Below, in pieces: positions 36,351 to 50,000 of a stretch of DNA of 64,000 bases (the first letter of the stretch is position 1; the number at the start of each line of letters is the position of its first letter). The notes below the pieces were generated by a model, which was given only the letters and a program-made list of their open reading frames with translations, made no database searches and had not been told where the DNA came from. The stretch comes from Macrostomum hystrix (lineage: Eukaryota > Animalia > Platyhelminthes): positions 4,464,001 through 4,528,000 of the forward strand of contig CATNEN010000002.1 of the NCBI GenBank assembly GCA_950097015.1, written 5' to 3'. The position numbers were made by a program, and so were the translations under genes.

Positions 36351-37171
36351 TATTTGACAAAGTTAACAGGTTTGACATACTGAAAAAGCCCATTGCATAA
36401 CTCAGTTTTGTTAAATTAAAAACAATTCAATCAAATCAAAGCAACAAAACCGAGCACAAATATAACTGACCTAGTAAAGTTAGGCAAGCAGTTTTAGTTA
36501 AGCACTGCAATAAAATTGCCAGCTGTGAATAGATAAATATTTTACAGCTGTTAATCAAAAAGCAAATCAACGCTCGTATGACAAAAACTAGACAGTGGGA
36601 TTAAAAATTATAATGTAAACGAAACGGGAAGGAATTCTGAGATTTTTTGCGTTAACAGTTTATCAATAAACAAAATAAATTGACTTAAAGACAGGAAGTT
36701 GAGAGGACTAAAGCGACAAGAAGCTATTTTTTACAATGGACATTATTGGGCACTGATTCAAAAAACTAAACAAACGTTTCAGCGAAATTGAAAAGTGTAA
36801 ATATACTATAAAAAGAAATTAATTTTATTACACAGATTGTATCGTTGAGTTTCCAGACAAGGAAGGAAAATGTGAAAAATAAAATACAAAACAATGTTTT
36901 CGATACATATCGGGCGTCTTTATATATGAAATTTATATTGCCAGAAATTTTTTTTCTATATTCAACTTTAGCCTTTTCGACACATATCGGCAGCGTTAAA
37001 ATAGAAAATAAATAACGAGCAAAAATTTAATCTGATTGTCGGACGATACACATATATTTTATTAGACTAGAAATAAATACACTACAAAACAGACGCATGA
37101 TAATACTTAGATAAGTAGGCCTGTAATGCACATGTGTAAATTCGCGGAAAAGGTTATTTTTAGCAGCATAA

Positions 37172-40100
37172 TTACAGCACCGGCGAATTCTGATGTACAA
37201 AAGCTTCAACTAGCTCCTCAGACAGCGGCAAGGCCACCGACTGGCCAGGCGGAAGTCGTTCATAATCTGACGAACTGCCGGCGCCATTGCAGATCGATTC
37301 AAACAGCGAGCCCTCGATTGAGCGCTCCATCAGCGGCGTCATCACGGCGTGCCTCGGCGTGACCTGCAGAAGATTGGCTGACCGGGAGTGCGGCACAGAG
37401 GAGCGCACAGCGGGACTGGGACCTGCATGATGCTGATCAACTGCTGCTGATGAGGCGGTTGCTAGGTCCACTGAAATTGAACAGGAGTTTTGTTGTTCCG
37501 ATCAAGTCAGTCACGTGATGCTTAAATGCTGGACCCCAAACCCCAATTTTCTAGTCAGTCACGTGATGCTTAAATGCTGGACCCCAAACCCCAATTTTCC
37601 ATTCAGTCATGTGATGCACAAGTGCTAGACCCCAATCCCCGATTTTCCAGTCAGTCACGTGATGCTTAAATGCTAGACCCCAATCCCCGATTTTCCAGTC
37701 AGTCACGTGATGCTTAAGTGCTGGACCCCAAACCCCAATTTTCTAGTCAGTCACGTGATGCACAAGTGCTGGACCGCAAACCCCAATTTTCTAGTCAGTC
37801 ACGTGATGCTTAAATACTGGACGCTAACCCACAAAGCCAGTCACGTGATGCACAAGTGCTAGACCCTAAACCCCAATTTTTCAGTCAGTCACGTGATGGT
37901 TAAGTGCTGGACGCCAAAAAACCCAAAGCCAGTGCAGCTCAACCAATACAGATGGCAAGTTGATGCTAAACACTATATTAGAGTTGAGCTTTTGAATCGA
38001 ATAATTAATACAATAGACCGAATCACCAGTGGAAAGACCAGGGAGGTATTTCACATAGCCAAATTTTTCGTTTTCTGCATCTCCTAAAATATTAAAAAAC
38101 CAATCGCCGTAAAAATCCAAAGAACACGGGCTAAAATTTTCCGCCCAATCCGATAAAACAACTTCCAGAATAACAATACATCGGCATCGTCTAGATATTC
38201 ATATTGTCGATGCCAGTGACATGTTATAAGCCATTATAAGCAAGCGAACCTTTACAAAGTAAATTTATTAGAAAATTGTGAAAATTCCCAAAGATTGGGG
38301 GCGCCTTGATCCACAGCTGTGTTCAGCTGCTCTATGGTAGTTTGGCCATAGACTATCGACCTGCTGCCTCGGCTCGTCTAGCGATGCGACGTCTTCGTCA
38401 TCTATTTTGTTAGATTTCAGAATGTTTGCAATAAAATAGAAGCACTAAATCGAGCAGTGCTACTGTGAGTAGCGGAGTTCGTAAAAAAATCACTCAGCTA
38501 AAAAGTAGATTCGCTTCTCCCTGATTAGTACTGACCGTCGCTGTCCATATGCCGAAAGTTGTGCATCTCGCTAAGCATGAATGCGTTGGCATACTGCTGC
38601 TGCTGCTGCTGCTGCCTTGCGCTGCCATTGTGATGACAGGCGTTGTACCGGCCCCCAGCGTGGTAGCTGAATCGGCGGCTGCCATCAGCTGCAGACTGAG
38701 CTGCGGCACCGCGGCAGTATGGCGGCGGCAGCAGCCTGATGGTCACCGGAGGTGGCTCCGCTGACGTCGGAGGCGCCGCTGCAGCTGGGGCATGCAGAGA
38801 AGACAGCGAATTGGCGATGGAACCGACAAAACCTGACAACGAGAATGGTAATCAATATATGAGTCTGGAATCGAACTCCCGACCTTAAAGGACCCTACAA
38901 CAAATGAAAACCTATGCTTACCATCAATATTAAACTCTGAATACAAATCAGAATACGAATCAGCCTCAGTAGGTGCAGCAGCAGCAGAAGCTGCAGGTGT
39001 GGGCCCATTGTTTGTTGTTGGTACATCGTTGAAATAGATATCTTCGTAGAGTGAGTCCGACTCCGTTAGGGCAGTTGAAGACTCAGTTGTCAGTGAGGCC
39101 ATATGCAGAGGTCGTTGAGACGAGCTCCGGCTTCCGCCAGCAGCTCGCTGCTGCTGCTGCTGCTGCTGCAGTGCCAGCCGCTCCGATACCGGCATTGGCA
39201 GGGCGTTGCGAGCTCTCAAACTGGCGAGACTCTCGCGCACCGTGACACGCTGATATTCAGCGCTGGCTGCAGCGGCGGCCACAGCGGCGGTGGCAACAGC
39301 AGCGGGACGTTGGTCATGTCCCTCAGACGATGTCGCCAAGGTCGTAGGCCGTGAATGCGAAACGGACGAGTCTGGGATCAGGCGGGTATAAAAATAATTT
39401 TATATCTACTGTTTTACCTTGGTCTTATACCTTTATTATCACTTCTCCTATCTCTACCACCCATTCTACCATCTTTACTATTCTATCTACCCTGCCTACA
39501 ATTCAATCAACGTTTCTATTCAAAATAATAATAATAATAATTGATTACACCTGCCCCAATTAGGCCCGATGGACAGCCGACAGCACAGCCGCACCTATTG
39601 CGCGGCGCATCTAAGGGCTGCGTACAGCTGTTCAGTCCATGGACTGGGGGGCCGCCACACCCACCTTCAATTATCCCAGCTAATGCTGGTACCCATTTAA
39701 CAGCTGGGTGAACTGAAGCAATGCAGAGTTAAGTGTCTTGCTAAAGGACACAAATTGTTCCAGTGGAGTCGGGAATCGAACCGCCGACCTTCAAGTCGTG
39801 AGTCCGACGCCCTAACCACAAGGCTAAAACCTCTACAAGGCTACCTGTCTACCTACCATGACTACCTTCTATTATCTACCGTGTCTACCATTATATCTAC
39901 CCTCTCTACAATTCTCTCTCCCCTTAAATATGTTTCAAAGACTGCTTAAGAAGCAATAACAATAAAGAATGTTTTGCACATTAACAAATCAATAGTTTAT
40001 CAGCATTGAGTAAGCATATGTGAGTAAGCATAATTCTGCTTTGGCAATCCCAACACAGCGCGCGGGGACACTGTGTGAAAGTTGGTTGGTTGAAGCAAGC

Positions 40101-40969
40101 AAAAAATTTCAATTCATTTTGAAGTGCCTTGCTTCTCTCAGCCTTTCGCCTCTGTAATTCTACGCTTTGAGCTAATGAAATATTCAAGCTTGCTAAAAAT
40201 CATACAGCTAGTTTATCTCTCATCTCTCAACTGTCACACCATTTAATGTCTCATCTCTCACCTGTCTCATCTCTCTACTAACCTTATCTCATCTAATTTC
40301 CTCTCTAATTTTAACTGTGTTTTATCTCTCACCTGTCTCATCTCTCACCTGTCTCATCTCTCACCTGTCTCATCTATCACCTGTCTCATCTCTCACCTGT
40401 CTCATCTCTCACCTGTCTCATCTCTCACCTGTTTCATCTCTTACCTGTCTCATCTCTCACCTGTCTCATCTCTCTAATGTCTCATCTCTCTAATGTCTCA
40501 TCTCTCTAATGTCTCATCTCTCTAATGTCTCATCTCTCTAATGTCTCATCTCTCACCTGTCTCATCTCTCTAATGTCTCATCTCTCACCTGTCTCATCTC
40601 TCTAATGTCTCATATGAACCGTGTCTCAACTCTCTACAGTCTTATACCTTTATGGCTTCGGCGAATATGAATTAGCTGCACTTCAGTTGGCAGAGCTCAG
40701 GCTTTTCGACCAGACGGCTTACAGGAAATACATAACTATAAGGCGCTGGGCACACAAATACGAAGATTTATAGTCGATGCATACCTGACTGCGGTCCATC
40801 ATCGATAGCTTTTTTATAATAGAAAACTCGGTACCTAAGTGCGTATGGAAACTATAACTAACCATTGCAGACAGCCAGTTTGAACTCCAACATGTATCTA
40901 TACACTGCATAGCCCGTGTTTGCAGTGGCTTGTCTAGCTTCCAAGAAACATCCAGACTTCATCAGTTCC

Positions 40970-41002
<33 letters not shown>

Positions 41003-44000
41003 CACTCACAAGCCAGGCTAGGAGAAAATGGGAATAGATTTTACAAGATAATGATTCCAGCACAGGAGAGAAAACAGTGCGGTATAATATGCATAGTTTA
41101 ACTCGAGCTGGTTGGTTCAGCGAAGCAAAGATGTTGACCTGAAAGTCACGATCATCAGGCCAGTGCACTTCAGTCATCGTCTTAGAAATCCTTGCAGTCA
41201 GGCACTTTAGCCAGCAATGCTTCAGTCGAGAGTGATGACTCATCAGTTGGAGCGTAAGTTTATCGATACGTTTTCCCCGTAAAACTTCTCATCCCATGGG
41301 CAGCGCATGAAATATGGATGCTTTAAACAACTGTCTGGAGCCAATGAGCTCAAATTCTACATTTCCTACTTTGCTTCACCGTACAGGCAAAGCTTTCACT
41401 TTTAATTTTCTTGGCTGCATGGCCTCACCTTTGAAGAGGCACTCCAACAAAACAGCCTTCCTGAGTCCAACCTTCTCTTGTATTCTAAAACTGCTTTCAC
41501 CCCGACCCTGGACACTACTCTAGTTCTAGAACACTGGGCATTTGCCTCTTTTGAGAGTTCAATAAGCACTCAAATTTGACCACGCCCTCACGATCTGGGG
41601 TGGGTGCGACATGCCAGCCATTTATGAGCATATGCCTTTGTGAGAGCTCATATTAACCACCTTGCTGACTCAAAGAATTAAGTAAGTCCGTGATCTCACT
41701 AGTCCCACTTATCTATCTGATCTCCCTCTCTGTCTATCTAACCCCACTCTCTGTCTATCTAACCCCACTCTCTGTCTATCTAACCCCACTGTCTGTCTAA
41801 GCCCACTCTCTATCTAACCCCACTGTCTATCTAACCCCACTCTCTGTCTATCTAACCCCTGCACTCTCTGTCTATCTAACCCCTGCACTCTCTGTCTATC
41901 TAACCCCTGCACTCTCTGTCTATCTAACCCCACTGTCTATGTAACCCCACTCTCTGTCTATCTAACCCCACTCTCTGTCTATCTAACCCCACTCTCTGTC
42001 TATCTAACCCCACTCTCTGTCTATCTAACCCCACTCTGTCTATCTAACCCCACTCTCTGTCTATCTAACCCCACTCTCTGTCTATCTAACCCCTGCACTC
42101 TCAGTCTATCTAACCCCACTCTCTGTCTATCTAACCCCACTCTCTGTCTATGTAACCCCACTGTCTGTCTATCTAACCCCACTCTCTGTCTATCTAACCC
42201 CACTGTCTGTCTATCTAACCCCACTCTCTGTCTATCTAACCGCACTCTATCTAACCCCACTGTCTATGTAACCCCTATGTCAAATGTCAAATATCTATGT
42301 CAAATACTAGTCTAAAGGGCAATCCAATTGACGCAATGCAAAGCTAAAATAGTTTTGCGGGCCAAATTCAGGATAATTACGGCCAAAAGACGAAGTATAT
42401 ATAGAGGTAGAACACTAGAATACCGCAAAATTCCTTCCAGCCATATGCGCAGCTTTTCTTTGAAACATTGACCCTAACCCCACAACATTCTGTCTGTTGG
42501 ATGGATAGACAGGGCGGGGCAACAGGTCTGGCTTAGAAACTGGGAATGGGAATTTTGGCATTATGCCAAGAGAAGGTGAAAAATATTCACGAAAAAAAAC
42601 TGGTAGCCTTTGTCGCATTCGAAGTCCCCAATTGACTGCTTAACTTCATAGGCACGATAGCCTGACAAATGGGTTTTAGGGTTCGGGCGAAATTCCTCCC
42701 ACATCCCCTACGGCACAACAGCTGCTGCAACATTGATGCGAATCTAACAGTCTGATTTTACTGTGCAAATATTAAAAAGCAGTTTACACCCGGCTAGGTA
42801 ACTGTAACACTGTAGCTGTAAAACTGTAGCTGTAATACTGTAGCTGTAACACTGCTGTAACACTGTAGCTGTAACACTGTAGCTGTAAGACTGTAGCTGT
42901 AACACTGTAGCTGTAAGACTGTAGCTGTAACACTGTAGCTGTAACACTGTAGCTGTAAGACTGTAGCTGCTAAACTGTTTCTGTAACACTGTAGCTGTAA
43001 CACTGTAGCTGTAACACTGTAGCTGTAACACTGCAGCTGAACTACTGTAGATTTAATGATTTAATGGATTTAATGGAGTAGATTAAATGGAGTAGATTTA
43101 ATGGAGTAGATTTAATGCAGTAGATGCCATAAAAGCTTATGGATACAAAAATGTAGCTTCCGCTATGCATTTCAAAGACAATAGGTCAACACTGCAGCTG
43201 TAACACACGTAACTTCTTCTGCAAGACTAAAGGGCGAACACGTTAATAACACAGAGAGATGTGCAGAGACAAGCGATTGTCAAATATCTTGCCAGTCACA
43301 GAATCCCAAACCCCAGACGCTGTGGGAGAGAAATCCTACAAAATCCCACGGGCAATGCATAGCCATCAAGAGTGGGACATTTCAGGGGGGCAGGAGGGGA
43401 TCAGATAGACATCAGAATTCCCAATGCTACCCGGTGGTAGCGCCTACTCGAAGGCCGACCAATACGTCTGCCATAGTTTGTCTGCAAAAATTGCTCAACA
43501 ACAATTTTCCGAAGCGATCAAACAGCATCTGGACGTGCACCAGCCAAGCGGTGCACTTTTATGCTGCCGAGCGAGCTAGATTAATGCCCAGTTATCGAAC
43601 AATCGGCTAACAAACCAGACGGGAAGAAACTGATCCAGGAACCAGTTGTTGGACGACAAGCCTTCTCTAGCTAGTTGCACTTGAGAGTAAAGCATTACTC
43701 TCCCTTGCCATTTTGGTCAATAATTTAGTGTAGCGAATCAAGTCAGCTAGCAATCGGTGGCCCAACTTAACATTAGAAAGACCGCAGGAAGGGGGGCGAG
43801 TGGGTCAGCGGCTAGCGTCGCTGCCTCGCACTCCAATGGACGCTAGTTCGATTCTCCCTTTAAGTCACGATTAATTTCGGGACTTGTTGGAGGGTTTGGA
43901 CAGTAGCGACCGGCGGAGGTGCATCATATTTCGTGCAATCAAAGCTTGAAATAATAGCTTCGCTCCTACCTTTCTGTGTGCCTGTTCTGCGTTGTGTGAG

Positions 44001-47000
44001 TTGTGTGCGTTGGCGCTGGGGCGTGAGGCCTTGCGGTGGGGGTGGCTGGGGGGCGGGTGTACACCGCCGAGCCCTTTCTGGATTTCCGTCAGCGCGATTG
44101 GATAAGTGTACACTCATCACCCGCCCCCCCTGAGGACTGATTTCTTATCAGCCTTCCGCTCGGCTTGGTCTGCTCTGTGCGTGTGGGGCTGGGGTGGGGG
44201 GCACTGCTGCCTATTCTGGGTGCCTCCTGCCCTCCCCGGCTGGTCTGTGCTGCTGTGCGTGGTGCCTGCTCAGGGGAGGCGGCGCGATGGGCGCTAAGCG
44301 CCTAGTTCGCCGGTCTGGGGGCGTGCCGCTCCGTCGCTTATGCGACAAGTGCCCCGGGCCCCCTGCATATAGATAGATATAAGACCGCAGGAATAATTTC
44401 CACTCTATCCGATGAAGCAACTTCCAGAATCACAATGCATCGGCATCGTCTAGATATTCAACAATTCTCGTCGAGGTGTCTGGCGGCAAAAATCGCCAAT
44501 ATTGGCATTATTTTTCTGCTCACAAAATTTCAGCAACAAACCATGCCGGCTTCCACTTTCAGAAAATTTACAGCACTCTGTAAATTTATTTTCGCTTTTC
44601 TCGCCAAAAAACTGTTAATTTTGCAGGGCTTGTCGCTGTTGTGATGGCAAAGCAAACAGTTTTTTTGTTTTTCTTCTTTCAATCATCAATAATTGTAAAG
44701 TAGTAGCTCATTACTAAAGCATAAAAATTGTGAAGACTAGACACTCAAAGGAAAAGAGGAGATGGGGAAGTGGAAAAAAGACAAATCCCCTAAAATAATA
44801 ATTACAAGGATTGCGAGCTAAGCGGCACTGATGGATGGGGAAAAATGGGAACAGATTGCGGACTAAAGAGAGAACACGAACGACAATCCCTCGAGGGTAG
44901 GCGGCAGTTACGAATCAGTTTTCTTCCACCGCAAAATCGAATTGACATATTTCTAATAAAAATGATAGATTTCCAGTAAAACCGCTGGCTGATTGAACTT
45001 GGTCGACATGCCGTTTAAAGTACATTTCTATTTATTCGCGCAATAAAATATTGCTGAACAATATATTTTGAAAACGACTCAAAATAGAAGTTAGTTATGT
45101 AATTCAAGTTTCTGAGTCGGAGTTTCAGCAAAGAGAGATTTTACCGAATCGTCCTTTCGGACAGGATTCGGCGAATCGAGAATTCGAAAAACTCAAAATT
45201 TGGTCACATTGAGATTTAAGCGAATTGGGATTTTAGTTAATTGGGATTTTAGTAAATTGGGATTTTAGTCCAATGGGATTTTAGCTAATAAGTATTCCGT
45301 AATATTTGAACCTCTACAAATTTTAGTTTTGTTTCAATACGGGGACTTTAGCAAATTTAGACATTTTAGCGAATTGGCATTTTAGCGAATTGGGATTTTA
45401 GCAAATTGGGATTTTAGCGAATTGGGATTTTAGCGAATTGGGATTTTATAAAAATGGGATTTAGCAAATTGGGATTTTAGCAAATTTGGATTTTAGCTAA
45501 TTGGGATTTAGCGAATTGGGATTTTAGCGAATTGAGATTTTAGCGAATAGGAGATTCTAGCGATTTTGTCCTATGGGATTTTAGCTAATTGGGATTTCGT
45601 AATATTGGGAATTCTGTGATTTTTTTCATACGGGGATTTTAGCGAAGTTTTGAAAGGTTGAAAGGTCATTTGTTAGGGATTTTGGTGAAATGCGAGATCA
45701 GAAAATAGGTAATTCGCCTAATTGGTATTTGTGTGATTTTGTCGCATTGGGATTTTTTTAGATTTCGGAGAATTATAAATTTCGCAGCGGTCCTAAGTCA
45801 AGTGAGGTGAAGAATTTCCAGGAATTACTCTCTGACATGTTTATCCAAACTTGTATAATGCATTTGTATAAGTTCAACGAACATTCAACGAATAATTTAA
45901 ACACGCCTTGTCGGTAAAAAATTCCTCACAATAAATATTCCCCCTACAATTTCCCCTCGCATCGACGGACGGAAGCTGACAGACACGATCTATTTATTTA
46001 TAATAGTATTCTGTGACTTGTGAGTGTTTTGTCTGGGATCAAACAGATATACACATTTTGCGTGAAATTCACTGTGTAAAAAAGTGACGAGTTTGGCTGG
46101 CACTTCGAGGGAAGTAAAAATGTATCATTTTTAAGTGCAAACAAATTGCTGGTATTTGGTGCACATGCACCAGAAAAAGCATGCGATTCTCTTTCACCGG
46201 ATGCAATTTGGCTGCACAAGATAGGCAGTTAGAAATGTACTTTTCAACTAAAGATTAATCACAGTTGTAGAATTGTAGAAAAATATAGTAAAAGCAGTTA
46301 CACCTGATAGTATGCACAATTATGCATATTTCTTTTAAAACCTTATCGAGAATATACTGCTGGCCGATAAACTAGTAAAATTAATATAATTTAGTTTAAT
46401 TTATCGTATCTATTACCCAACTCTGTATTACTCTATACAGCTCTATAATTTCTACTAACCCAGCAAACTCCTTTCCAAGGCCAAAGAGCTAATTAAATTT
46501 CTGCTCAAAAAATTTTGCCTCGAGAACTCTAAGAAATTATACAATAACAGTTATATAGGAGCCATCCGCTCTGGTATTTTTCTACCATCCGCTCTCAATT
46601 TCTCTACCATCCGCTCTCTATTTCCCTCCAATCCGCTCTCTATTTCTCTCCAATCCGCTATCTATTTCTCTCCAATCCGCTCTCTATTTCTCACCCATCC
46701 GCTGCCTTTTTCTCTCCAATCCGCTCTCTATTTCTCTACCATCCGCTCTCTATTTCTCACCCATCCGCTCTCTATTTCTGTACCATCCGCTCTCTGTTTC
46801 TCTACCATCCGCTCTCTATTTCTCTACCATCCGCTCTCTATTTCTCTACCATCCGCTCTCTATTTCTCTCCAATCCGCTCTCTATTTCTCTCCAATCCGC
46901 TCTCTATTTCTCACCCATCCGCTCTCTATTTCTGTACCATCCGCTCTCTATTTCTCTACCATCCGCTCTATATTTTCCTCCAATCCGCTCTCTATTTCTC

Positions 47001-50000
47001 TCCAATCCGCTATCTATTTCTCTCCAATCCGCTCTCTATTTCTCACCCATCCGCTCTCTATTTCTGTACCATCCGCTCTCTGTTTCTCTACCATCCGCTC
47101 TCTATTTCTCTACCATCCGCTCTCTATTTCTCTACCATCCGCTCTCTATTTCTCTCCAATCCGCTATCTATTTCTCTCCAATCCGCTCTCTATTTCTCAC
47201 CCATCCGCTCTCTATTTCTGTACCATCCGCTCTCTATTTCTCTTCCAATCCACTATCTATTTCTCTACCATCCGCTCTCTATTTCTCTTCCAATCCACTC
47301 TCTATTTTTCTACCATCCGCTCTCAATTTCTCTACCATCCGCTCTCTATTTCCCTCCAATCCGCTCTCTATTTCTCTCCAATCCGCTATCTATTTCTCTC
47401 CAATCCGCTCTCTATTTCTCACCCATCCGCTCTCTATATCTGTACCATCCGCTCTCTATTTCTCTTCCAATCCACTATCTATTTTTCTACCATCCGCTCT
47501 CAATTTCTCTACCATCCGCTCTCTATTTCCCTCCAATCCGCTCTCTATTTCTGTACCATCCGCTCTCTATTTCTCTTCCAATCCACTATCTATTTTTCTA
47601 CCATCCGCTCTCAATTTCTCTACCATCCGCTCTCTATTTCCCTCCAATCCGCTCTCTATTTCTCTTCCAATCCACTCTCTATTTTTCTACCATCCGCTCT
47701 CAATTTCTCTACCATCCGCTCTCTATTTCCCTCCAATCCGCTCTCTATTTCTCTCCAATCCGCTATCTATTTCTCTCCAATCCGCTCTCTATTTCTCACC
47801 CATCCGCTCTCTATTTCTGTACCATCCGCTCTCTATTTCTCTTCCAATCCACTATCTATTTCTCTCCAATCCGCTCTCAATTTCTCACCCATCCGCTGTC
47901 AATTTCTCTCCAATCCGCTCTCTTTTTCTCTACATTCGCTGTCTATTTCTCTCCAAACTGCTCTCTATTTCTCTATCACGTCAATTTTTGTCGCTATTAC
48001 CTGAGTTCTCATTTAATTATTTTACTTACTGTAACTAAAATACCTTTTTGATATATTTCCAGTTTTCCTTCTATCTAAGCTGAGTTTTTTCTAATATGAC
48101 TTCTTATACGTTGTTATATATGCCTTTTCTCTTAGCAAACAAATAAAGGCAGATTTTTTTAGTAACTAACCAGGAGGACACTAATGAGTTTCCGCTAATT
48201 TGTTCGCAGCAAATAAGCCCTGAAAGTAATTAGCTAGGTTTCTATACATCACCTGTTTAGAGGAATTGAAAGATATATACAATGTGCTTTAAGCAGGTTT
48301 GAGAATGAAATAATGAAAATTGATAGGCTCTTTAAAAAAACGAAGGGAGACTCACTGCCTCAGACTACACGAACTCACCAAGTAAGGGGGTGAGTGGCAG
48401 AGCGGTCCCTGAGCTCGATTCCGCGGCGAGGCCATATTCATTTGGGGCGCAGCCGCGGAGAGAAGGCTCGGGGGCTTGTCGTGCAATTTACGCCCTTGAG
48501 GGCCAACCTCCAAGGCACAGTGGAAGTGTACACTGCCTGACGATGAGAAAGTCAGGACAGATGTACACACCTGTGTGCGTGTGTGCTCAGGAGTCAGCGA
48601 AATGGGCAGAATTGCCTCCTGGTTGGCTGTGGGTCTAGTGTCACCAAATAATGTGCTATTGCCTGCAGCCCTCCAGAAATTATTATTTATTACTATAAAC
48701 TCACCAAGAGCGTCCAACTCGATGCTAGAGTAATAAGTTGGTCCCTGCTGCTGCTGCTGCTGCAATATTCTGTCCACCTCTTCGCGTCGATAATTTCTGA
48801 TAGGCAGTGGAGGCGGTGGGTTGAGCGCAGCGAAGCCACCGGACTCAGTGGTGACCGACGTCGTTGAGTCATCCAAATTCGATGCCTGAGCTCTGGTAAT
48901 GCTGGCATAGACATGATGCTGCTGATGCTGCTGAGGTCTGGCTGCGGGCTGACTTGAAGAATGCTGCTGTCCCGAGCCAAGCGAGGTGTACAGCGGATCA
49001 GCCTCGCTATTGAGGTCACTGTCTATGGTGTAAATCGACACAGTAGCCGGCAACCCGACGGCTGTCGATGGCGCATTGCAAGATGTCAGCGAAGGCGGTG
49101 CCGGTGGCGGCGGCGGAGGCGGCGGTGGCGGAGGCGGAGGATGAGGAGGCGCGGTTCGCTGTCTTCTCAACGAGCCGTTGGCTAATCTCTGGGCAAATGC
49201 TGGCAGAGGAAAATCTGTCAGGTGTTTTTTCAGCAGCCCGCATGACGAGGACGAGGGAGCGGCCGACGATGGAGGCAGAGGCGGCGGAGGGCGAGGCGAG
49301 GCTGGCGGGTAGCCGTTAGACGCATCCAGGCTGTCTGGGAATGGCACTGGGGGCAGTTCTCGATCGGTTTGACTGCGGTTTGACAGCACCGACTTCTGCG
49401 TCTCCAAGCTGCGGGCGACAGGCGGGTTGGTGCTGACTTTTAGATTGGTCATTGTGCCTAGATTGGTCCTTGTGCCTAGATTGGTCATTGTGCCTAGATT
49501 GGTCATTGTGCCTAGATTGGTCATTGTGCCTAGATTGGTCATTGTGCCTAGATTGGTCATTGTGCTTAGATTGGTCATTGTGCCCAGATAGGTCATTGTG
49601 CCTAGATTGGTCATTGTGCCTAGATTGGTCATTGTGTCTAGATTGGTCATTGTGCCTAGATTGGTCATTGTGCCTAGATTGGTCATTGTGTCTAGATTGG
49701 TCATTGCGCCTAGATTGGTAATTGTGCCTAGATTGGTCATTGTGCCTAGATTGGTCATTGTGCCTAGATTGGTCATTGTGCCTAGGTTGGTCATTGTGCT
49801 TAGATTAGTCATTGTGACCTACTCATTGTGCCCAGATTGACGAAAGTAATAAAAGTACATTCTATTTGCCGTTTCATATCCTTATGACAAATTTGTTCAG
49901 TGTCTCTACGAGTCTACGACACACCAATCTAGCAACCTATTTGGTTCTGCCCTTGACGTTCGAAAATCATAAAAGTACGGATATGGAGGCCAATAAAACT

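Noticed and set aside
49440-49812. (TMTNLG)n N-terminal extension in the 486-aa ORF
   Set aside because: An 18-bp minisatellite in frame by chance. A phase-compatible acceptor at 49409-49411 links the downstream exon to the upstream TM exons.
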